64,000 bases of DNA from Auanema rhodensis. Taxonomy: Eukaryota; Animalia; Nematoda. The stretch lies in the NCBI GenBank assembly GCA_964057225.1, contig OZ059895.1, positions 11,160,001 to 11,224,000 of the forward strand. The letters run 5' to 3'. The translations under genes and the position numbers were made by a program. Under the pieces are notes generated by a model. It saw only the letters and a list, made by a program, of their open reading frames with translations. It searched no databases and was not told the origin of the DNA. This document shows, piece by piece, positions 54,244 through 64,000 of this stretch (position 1 is its first letter; each line of letters opens with the position of its first letter).

Positions 54244-54420
54244 TCATGCATTTTGATCCATGCGCAGGCTCGATCGCCTGCCTCGGGAGGAAAAGTATAT
54301 TTTTAACAGCTGACGCCGAAAATTTGATTTTGACAGCTGACGCCCCCAAAAGTATGTTTTTAGCAACTGTTTGGGGGCGTGGTTAGTAAATTCGGCATGG
54401 CTCTCTATCCAAGGAGAGCA
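54244..54420. other. GC-richer segment dense in direct and inverted repeats, resembling a DNA-transposon terminal/subterminal region
   Basis: Three 28-29-bp direct repeats (AAAAGTATATTTTTAACAGCTGACGCCG-like, 54291-54369). A perfect 11-bp inverted repeat ACGCCCCCAAA/TTTGGGGGCGT (54340-54350/54370-54380). Hairpins GCAGGC-N6-GCCTGC (54264-54281) and GCTCTC-N8-GAGAGC (54400-54419). Confidence 0.45.
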
Positions 54421-57400
54421 AATCATCTTCAATCTTATTTCTATATTACAGTTATAAACCAGTAGTTAATGAACCTTCATCTCAACTTTACTGTTTCTAT
54501 CTATTTCCTATCAAAACAAACATTGTTCAAACACTATACAACTGTGAAACTTTTTTTAATTTATTGTATTCGGAGCACATAAGATTTGATATCATCGAGG
54601 GAACCAGATGGAACGTGGAAAATTACATAACTAACATGAAATTGGAAAAAAAAACTATAACGAGGATAAGTATGTAAATCATTGAATATCAGATATTTTC
54701 GCTTACAACTATACCACGTTGAAAGTACGCCATGTAGCTGATTTTCAATTTTATCTCTTCCGTAACAAATGTTTTCAATTTTCAAGTAGTTTCACTTAGA
54801 TAGCTTAGCTCAACCCAAGGCAGCATATTATCTTCAATCTTATTTCTATAATACAGTTATAAACCAGTAGTTAATGAACCTTCATTATAACTTTACTGTT
54901 TCTATCTATTTCCTATCGAAACAAACATTGTTTAAACACTATACAACTGTGAAACCTTTTTTAATTTCTTGTATTCGGAGCTCATAAGATTTGATATCAT
55001 TGAGGGATCCAGATAGAACGTGGAAAGTTACATAACTAACATGAAATTGGGGAAAAAATTATAACGAGGATAAGTATGTAAATCATTGAATATCAGATAT
55101 TTTCGCTTACAACCATACCACGTTGAAAGTACGCCATGCCGCTGATTTTCAATTTTAACTCTTTTGTAACAAATGTTTTCAATTTTCAAGCAGTTTTACT
55201 CAGATAGCTTAACCCAAGGCAGCAAATTATCTTCAATATTATTTCTATCTTACAGTTATAAACCAATAGTTAATGAACCATCATCTTACCTTTACTGTTT
55301 CTATCTATTTCCTATCCAAAGCAACTTAGTTCAAACACTATACAACTGTGAAACCTTTTTTAATTTTTTGTATTTGGAGCTCATAAGATTTGATATCATT
55401 GAGGGATCCAGATAGAACGTGGAAAATTACGTAACTAACATAAAATTGGAAAAACCTATAACGAGGATAAGTATGTAAATCATTGAATATCAGATATTTT
55501 TGCTTACAACTATACCACGTTGTAAGTACGCCATGCCGCTGATTTTCAATTTTAACTCTTTTGTAACAAATGTTTTCAATTTTCAAGCAGTTTTACTCAG
55601 ATAGCTTAACCCAAGGCAGCATATTATCTTCAATATTATTTCTATCTTACAGTTATAAACCAATAGTTAATGAACCATCATCTTACCCTTACCGTTTCTA
55701 TCTATTTCCTATCGAAACCAACTTTGTTCAAAAACTATACAACTGTGAAACCTTTTTTAATTTCTTGTATTTGGAGCTCATAAGATTTGATATCATTGAG
55801 GGATCCAGATAGAACGTGGAAAATTACGTAACTAACATGAAATTTGAAAAAACTATAACGAGGATAAGTATGTGAATCATTGAATATCAGATATTTTCGC
55901 TTAGGACCATACCACGTTGAAAGTACGCCATGCCGCTGATTTTCAATTTTAACTCTTCTGTAACAAATGTTTTCAATTTCCCAGCAATTTTACTTAGATA
56001 GCTCAACCCAAGACAGCAAATTATCTTCAATCTTATTTCTATCTTACAGTTATAAACCAGTAGTGAATGAACCATCATCTTACCTTAACTGTTTCTATCT
56101 ATTTCCTATCAAAAGAAACATTGTTTAAACACTATACAACTGTGAAACCTTTTTTAATTTCTTGTATTTGGAGCTCATAAGATTTGATATCATTGAGGGA
56201 TCCAGATAGAACGTGGAAAATTACGTAACTAACATGAAATTGGAAAAAACTATAACGAGGATAAGTATGTAAATCATTGAATATCAGATATTTTTGCTTA
56301 CAAATATACCACGTTGTAAGTACGCCATGCCGCTGATTTTCAATTTTAACTCTTTTGTAACAAATGTTTTCAATTTTCAAGCAGTTTTACTCAGATAGCT
56401 CAACCCAAGGCAGCAAATTATCTTCAATATTATTTCTATCTTACAGTTATAAACCAATAGTTAATGAACCATCATCTTACCTTTACTGTTTCTATCTATT
56501 TCCTATCCAAAGCAACTTAGTTCAAACACTATACAACTGTGAAACCTTTTTTAATTTTTTGTATTTGGAGCTCATAAGATTTGATATCATTGAGGGATCC
56601 AGATAGAACGTGGAAAATTACGTAACTAACATGAAATTGGAAAAACCTATAACGAGGATAAGTATGTAAATCATTGAATATTAGATATTTTTGCTTACAA
56701 CTATACCACGTTGTAAGTACGCCATGCCGCTGATTTTCAATTTTAACTCTTTTGTAACAAATGTTTTCAATTTTCAAGCAGTTTTACTCAGATAGCTTAA
56801 CCCAAGGCAGCATATTATCTTCAATATTATTTCTATCTTACAGTTATAAACCAATAGTTAATGAACCATCATCTTACCTTTACCGTTTCTATCTATTTCC
56901 TATCGAAACCAACTTTGTTCAAAAACTATACAACTGTGAAACCTTTTTTAATTTCTTGTATTTGGAGCTCATAAGATTTGATATCATTGAGGGATCCAGA
57001 TAGAACGTGGAAAATTACGTAACTAACATGAAATTGGAAACAACTATAACGAGGATAAGTATGTGAATCATTGAATATCAGATATTTTCGCTTAGGACCA
57101 TACCACGTTGAAAGTACGCCATGCCGCTGATTTTCAATTTTAACTCTTTTGTAACAAATGTTTTCAATTTTCAAAGCAGTTTTACTCAGATAGCTTAACC
57201 CAAGGCAGCAAATTATCTTCAATATTATTTCTATCTTACAGTTATAAACCAATAGTTAATGAACCATCATCTTACCTTTACTGTTTCTATCTATTTCCTA
57301 TCGAAAGCAACTTTGTTCAAACACTATACAACTGTGAAACCTTTTTCAATTTCTTGTATTTGGAGCTCATAAGATTTGATATCATTGAGGGATCCAGATA

Positions 57401-60400
57401 GAACGTGGAAAATTACGTAACTAACATGAAATTGGAAAAAACTATAACGAGGATAAGTATGTGAATCATTGAATATCAGATATTTTTGCTTACGACCATA
57501 CCACGTTGAAAGTACGCCATGCCGCTGATTTTCAATTTTATCTCTTCCGTAACAAATGTTTTCAATTTTCAAGTAGTTTCACTTAGATAGCTTAGCTCAA
57601 CCCAAGGCAGCATATTATCTTCAATCTTATTTCTATAATACAGTTATAAACCAATAGTTAATGAACCATCATCTTACCCTTACCGTTTCTATCTTTCTCC
57701 TATCGAAACCAACTTTGTTCAAAAACTATACAACTGTGAAACCTTTTTTAATTTCTTGTATTAGGAGCTCATAAGATTTGATATCATTGAGGGATCCAGA
57801 TAGAACGTAGAAAATTACGTAACTAACATGAAATTGGAAAAAACTATAACGAGGATAAGTATGTGAATCATTGAATATCAGATATTTTCGCTTAGGACCA
57901 TACCACGTTGAAAGTACGCCATGCCGCTGATTTTCAATTTTAACTCTTTTGTAACAAATGTTTTCAATTTTCAAGCAGTTTTACTCAGATAGCTTAACCC
58001 AAGGCAGCAAATTATCTTCAATATTATTTCTATCTTACAGTTATAAACCAATAGTTAATGAACCATCATCTTACCTTTACTGTTTCTATCTATTTCCTAT
58101 CGAAAGCAACTTTGTTCAAACACTATAAAACTGTGAAACCTTTTTTAATTTCTTGTATTTGGAGCTCTCAAGATTTGATATCATTGAGGGATCCAGATAG
58201 AACGTGGAAAATTACGTAACTAACATGAAATTGGAAAAAACTATAACGAGGATAAGTATGTGAATCATTGAATATCAGATATTTTCGCTTACGACCATAC
58301 CACGTTGAAAGTACGCCATGCAGCTGATTTTCAATTTTATCTCTTCCGTAACAAATGTTTTCAATTTTCAAGTAGTTTCACTTAGATAGCTTAGCTCAAC
58401 CCAAGGCAGCATATTATCTTCAATCTTATTTCTATAATACAGTTATAAACCAATAGTTAATGAACCATCATCTTACCCTTACCGTTTCTATCTATTTCCT
58501 ATCGAAACCAACTTTGTTCAAAAACTATACAACTGTGAAACTTATTTTAATTTCTTGTATTTGGAGCTCATAAGATTTGATATCATTGAGGGATCCAGAT
58601 AGAACGTGGAAAATTACGTAACTAACATGAAATTGGAAAAAAACTATAACGAGGATAAGTATGTGAATCATTGAATATCAGATATTTTCGCTTAGGACCA
58701 TACCACGTTGAAAGTACGCCATGCCGCTGATTTTCAATTTTAACTCTTCCGTAACAAATGTTTTCAATTTTCAAGTAGTTTCACTTAGATAGCTTAGCTC
58801 AACCCAAGGCAGCATATTATCTTCAATCTTATTTCTATAATACAGTTATAAACCAATAGTTAATGAACCATCATCTTACCCTTACCGTTTCTATCTTTTT
58901 CCTATCGAAACCAACTTTGTTCAAAAACTATACAACTGTGAAACCTTTTTTAATTTCTTGTACTTGGAGCTCATAAGATTTGATATCATTGAGGGATCCA
59001 GATAGAACGTGGAAAATTACGTAACTAACATGAAATTGGAAAAAACTATAACGAGGATAAGTATGTGAATCATTGAATATCAGATATTTTCGCTTAGGAC
59101 CATACCACGTTGAAAGTACGCCATGCCGCTGATTTTCAATTTTAACTCTTTTGTAACAAATGTTTTCAATTTTCAAGCAGTTTTACTCAGATAGCTTAAC
59201 CCAAGGCAGCAAATTATCTTCAATATTATTTCTATCTTACAGTTTTAAACCAATAGTTAATGAACCATCATCTTACCTTTACTGTTTCTATCTATTTCCT
59301 ATCGAAACCAACTTTGTTCAAACACTATACAACTGTGAAACCTTTTTTAATTTCTTGTATTTGGAGCTCTTAAGATTTGATATCATTGAGGGATCCAGAT
59401 AGAACGTGGAAAATTACGTAACTAACATGAAATTGGAAAAAACTATAACGAGGATAAGTATGTGAATCATTGAATATCAGATATTTTCGCTTAGGACCAT
59501 ACCACGTTGAAAGTACGCCATGCTGCTGATTTTCAATTTTAACTCTTTTGTAACAAATGTTTTCAATTTTCAAGCAGTTTTACTCAGATAGCTTAACCCA
59601 AGGCAGCAAATTATCTTCAATATTATTTCTATCTTACAGTTATAAACCAATAGTTAATGAACCATCATCTTACCTTTACTGTTTCTATCTATTTCCTATC
59701 GAAAGCAACTTTGTTCAAACACTATACAACTGTGAAACCTTTTTTAATTTCTTGTATTTGGAGCTCTTAAGATTTGATATCATTGAGGGATCCGGATAGA
59801 ACGTGGAAAATTACGTAACTAACATGAAAATGGAAAAAACTATAACGAGGATAAGTATGTGAATCATTGAATATCAGATATTTTCGCTTAGGACCATACC
59901 ACGTTGAAAGTACGCCATGCCGCTGATTTTCAATTTTAACTCTTTTGTAACAAATGTTTTCAATTTTCAAGCAGTTTTACTCAGATAGCTTAACCCAAGG
60001 CAGCAAATTATCTTCAATATTATTTCTATCTTACAGTTTTAAACCAATAGTTAATGAACCATCATCTTACCTTTACTGTTTCTATCTATTTCCTATTGAA
60101 AGCAACTTTGTTCAAACACTATACAACTGTGAAACCTTTTTTAATTTCTTGTATTTGGAGCTTATAAGATTTGATATCATCGAGGGATCCAGATAGAACG
60201 TGGAAAATTACATAACTAACATGAAATTGGGAAAAAATTATAACGAGGATAAGTATGTGAATCATTGAATATCAGATATTTTTGCTTACGACCATACCAC
60301 GTTGAAAGTACGCCATGCCGCTGATTTTCAATTTTATCTCTTCCGTAACAAATGTTTTCAATTTTCAAGTAGTTTCACTTAGATAGCTTAGCTCAACCCA

Positions 60401-63400
60401 AGGCAGCATATTATCTTCAATCTTATTTCTATAATACAGTTATAAACCAGTAGTTAATGAACCTTCATTATAACTTTACTGTTTCTATCTATTTCCTATC
60501 GAAACAAACATTGTTTAAACACTATACAACTGTGAAACCTTTTTTAATTTCTTGTATTCGGAGCTCATAAGATTTGATATCATTGAGGGATCCAGATAGA
60601 ACGTGGAAAATTACATAACTAACATGAAATTGGGGAAAAAATTATAACGAGGATAAGTATGTAAATCATTGAATATCAGATATTTTCGCTTACGACCATA
60701 CCACGTTGAAAGTACGCCATGCAGCTGATTTTCAATTTTATCTCTTCCGTAACAAATGTTTTCAATTTTCAAGTAGTTTCACTTAGATAGCTCAACCCAA
60801 GGCAGCATATTATCTTCAATCTTATTTCTATAATACAGTTATAAACCAGTAGTTAATGAACCTTCATCTTAACTTTACTGTTTCTATCTATTTCCTATCG
60901 AAACAAACATTGTTTAAACACTATACAACTGTGAAACCTTTTTTAATTTATTGTATTTGGAGCACATAAGATTTGATATCATCGAGGGAACCAGATGGAA
61001 CGTGGAAAATTACATAACTAACATGAAAATGGAAAAAAAATATAACGAGGATAAGTATGTAAATCATTGAATATCAGATATTTTCGCTTAGGACCATACC
61101 ACGTTGAAAGTACGCCATGCCGCTGATTTTCAATTTTAACTCTTTTGTAACAAATGTTTTCAATTTTCAAGCAGTTTTACTCAGATAGCTTAACCCAAGG
61201 CAGCAAATTATCTTCAATATTATTTCTATCTTACAGTTATAAACCAATAGTTAATGAACCATCATCTTACCTTTACTGTTTCTATCTATTTCCTATCCAA
61301 AGCAACTTAGTTCAAACACTATACAACTGTGAAACCTTTTTTAATTTTTTGTATTTGGAGCTCATAAGATTTGATATCATTGAGGGATCCAGATAGAACG
61401 TGGAAAATTACGTAACTAACATGAAATTGGAAAAACCTATAACGAGGATAAGTATGTAAATCATTGAATATCAGATATTTTTGCTTACAACTATACCACG
61501 TTGTAAGTACGCCATGCCGCTGATTTTCAATTTTAACTCTTTTGTAACAAATGTTTTCAATTTTCAAGCAGTTTTACTCAGATAGCTTAACCCAAGGCAG
61601 CATATTATCTTCAATATTATTTCTATCTTACAGTTATAAACCAATAGTTAATGAACCATCATCTTACCCTTACCGTTTCTATCTATTTCCTATCGAAACC
61701 AACTTTGTTCAAAAACTATACAACTATGAAACCTTTTTTAATTTCTTGTATTTGGAGCTCATAAGATTTGATATCATTGAGGGATCCAGATAGAACGTGG
61801 AAAATTACGTAACTAACATGAAATTTGAAAAAACTATAACGAGGATAAGTATGTGAATCATTGAATATCAGATATTTTCGCTTAGGACCATACCACGTTG
61901 AAAGTACGCCATGCCGCTGATTTTCAATTTTAACTCTTCTGTAACAAATGTTTTCAATTTCCCAGCAATTTTACTTAGATAGCTCAACCCAAGGCAGCAA
62001 ATTATCTTCAATCTTATTTCTATCTTACAGTTATAAACCAGTAGTGAATGAACCATCATCTTACCTTAACTGTTTCTATCTATTTCCTATCAAAAGAAAC
62101 ATTGTTTAAACACTATACAACTGTGAAACCTTTTTTAATTTCTTGTATTTGGAGCTCATAAGATTTGATATCATTGAGGGATCCAGATAGAACGTGGAAA
62201 ATTACGTAACTAACATGAAATTGGAAAAAACTATAACGAGGATAAGTATGTAAATCATTGAATATCAGATATTTTTGCTTACAAATATACCACGTTGTAA
62301 GTACGCCATGCCGCTGATTTTCAATTTTAACTCTTTTGTAACAAATGTTTTCAATTTTCAAGCAGTTTTACTCAGATAGCTTAACCCAAGGCAGCAAATT
62401 ATCTTCAATATTATTTCTATCTTACAGTTATAAACCAATAGTTAATGAACCATCATCTTACCTTTACTGTTTCTATCTATTTCCTATCGAAAGCAACTTT
62501 GTTCAAACACTATACAACTGTGAAACCTTTTTCAATTTCTTGTATTTGGAGCTCATAAGATTTGATATCATTGAGGGATCCAGATAGAACGTGGAAAATT
62601 ACGTAACTAACATGAAATTGGAAAAAACTATAACGAGGATAAGTATGTGAATCATTGAATATCAGATATTTTTGCTTACGACCATACCACGTTGAAAGTA
62701 CGCCATGCCGCTGATTTTCAATTTTATCTCTTCCGTAACAAATGTTTTCAATTTTCAAGTAGTTTCACTTAGATAGCTTAGCTCAACCCAAGGCAGCATA
62801 TTATCTTCAATCTTATTTCTATAATACAGTTATAAACCAATAGTTAATGAACCATCATCTTACCCTTACCGTTTCTATCTTTCTCCTATCGAAACCAACT
62901 TTGTTCAAAAACTATACAACTGTGAAACCTTTTTTAATTTCTTGTATTAGGAGCTCATAAGATTTGATATCATTGAGGGATCCAGATAGAACGTAGAAAA
63001 TTACGTAACTAACATGAAATTGGAAAAAACTATAACGAGGATAAGTATGTGAATCATTGAATATCAGATATTTTCGCTTAGGACCATACCACGTTGAAAG
63101 TACGCCATGCCGCTGATTTTCAATTTTAACTCTTTTGTAACAAATGTTTTCAATTTTCAAGCAGTTTTACTCAGATAGCTTAACCCAAGGCAGCAAATTA
63201 TCTTCAATATTATTTCTATCTTACAGTTATAAACCAATAGTTAATGAACCATCATCTTACCTTTACTGTTTCTATCTATTTCCTATCGAAAGCAACTTTG
63301 TTCAAACACTATAAAACTGTGAAACCTTTTTTAATTTCTTGTATTTGGAGCTCTCAAGATTTGATATCATTGAGGGATCCAGATAGAACGTGGAAAATTA

Positions 63401-64000
63401 CGTAACTAACATGAAATTGGAAAAAACTATAACGAGGATAAGTATGTGAATCATTGAATATCAGATATTTTCGCTTACGACCATACCACGTTGAAAGTAC
63501 GCCATGCAGCTGATTTTCAATTTTATCTCTTCCGTAACAAATGTTTTCAATTTTCAAGTAGTTTCACTTAGATAGCTTAGCTCAACCCAAGGCAGCATAT
63601 TATCTTCAATCTTATTTCTATAATACAGTTATAAACCAATAGTTAATGAACCATCATCTTACCCTTACCGTTTCTATCTATTTCCTATCGAAACCAACTT
63701 TGTTCAAAAACTATACAACTGTGAAACTTATTTTAATTTCTTGTATTTGGAGCTCATAAGATTTGATATCATTGAGGGATCCAGATAGAACGTGGAAAAT
63801 TACGTAACTAACATGAAATTGGAAAAAACTATAACGAGGATAAGTATGTGAATCATTGAATATCAGATATTTTCGCTTAGGACCATACCACGTTGAAAGT
63901 ACGCCATGCCGCTGATTTTCAATTTTAACTCTTCCGTAACAAATGTTTTCAATTTTCAAGTAGTTTCACTTAGATAGCTTAGCTCAACCCAAGGCAGCAT
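54409..64000 (-). repeat. Inverted array of the same satellite, distinct subfamily, 397/402-bp monomers, ~24 copies; continues beyond the window end
   Basis: It is the reverse complement of the left monomer (e.g. GCTGATTTTCAATTTTATCTCTTCCGTAACAAATGTTTTC). The period is 397 (ORFs 55173->55570), or 402 where TAGCT is duplicated (57324->57726). Confidence 0.99.

Larger units (their letters stand above)
51667..54408. other. Unique ~2.7-kb non-satellite spacer at the orientation switch of the satellite
   Basis: No monomer similarity. GC-richer exon-like blocks alternate with AT-rich intron-like blocks. It is flanked by satellite arrays in opposite orientation. Confidence 0.95.

Noticed and set aside
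51667-54408. Assignment of the spacer to a named superfamily (Helitron, MULE, Sola, Harbinger)
   Set aside because: There are no paired termini, target duplication, CTRR end or recognisable catalytic motif, so any name would be a guess.
53861-54432. 73-aa hydrophobic ORF and 62-aa ORF on the minus strand as stand-alone genes
   Set aside because: The first mostly translates T-rich minisatellite or intron-like DNA. The second starts inside the satellite and runs through non-coding repeats.
54561-63959. Overlapping 63-108 aa ORFs on both strands of the inverted array
   Set aside because: Same artefact: chance stop losses propagated by homogenisation, with no frame conserved across monomers.

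Overview
This is eukaryotic (metazoan-like, AT-rich) heterochromatin, not prokaryotic DNA. About 92% of the window is one ~398-bp tandem satellite arranged as two arrays of opposite orientation. The left array (1-51666, ~124 monomers) shows higher-order repeats of 7 and 14 monomers and becomes more heterogeneous toward its right edge. The right array (~54409-64000, ~24 monomers) is inverted, belongs to a distinct subfamily with 397/402-bp units, and carries a ~15-monomer duplication. The left array holds two near-identical copies of a 5'-truncated CR1-clade LINE (43695-44878 and 47274-48458). They come from one insertion later duplicated with six monomers. The arrays are separated by a unique ~2.7-kb spacer containing a phase-consistent but damaged multi-exon gene on +, a convergent Cys-rich exon pair on -, a 28-bp minisatellite, and a repeat/palindrome-rich, transposon-end-like segment that grades into the first inverted monomer. 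Two observations stand out: (i) the giant inverted-repeat layout around a gene-relic core, which fits either a foldback-type element or an inversion breakpoint, and (ii) a hairpin in the monomer whose stem is completed by compensatory changes in different variants. Almost all ORFs in the supplied track are satellite translation artefacts. The organism cannot be identified from this window.
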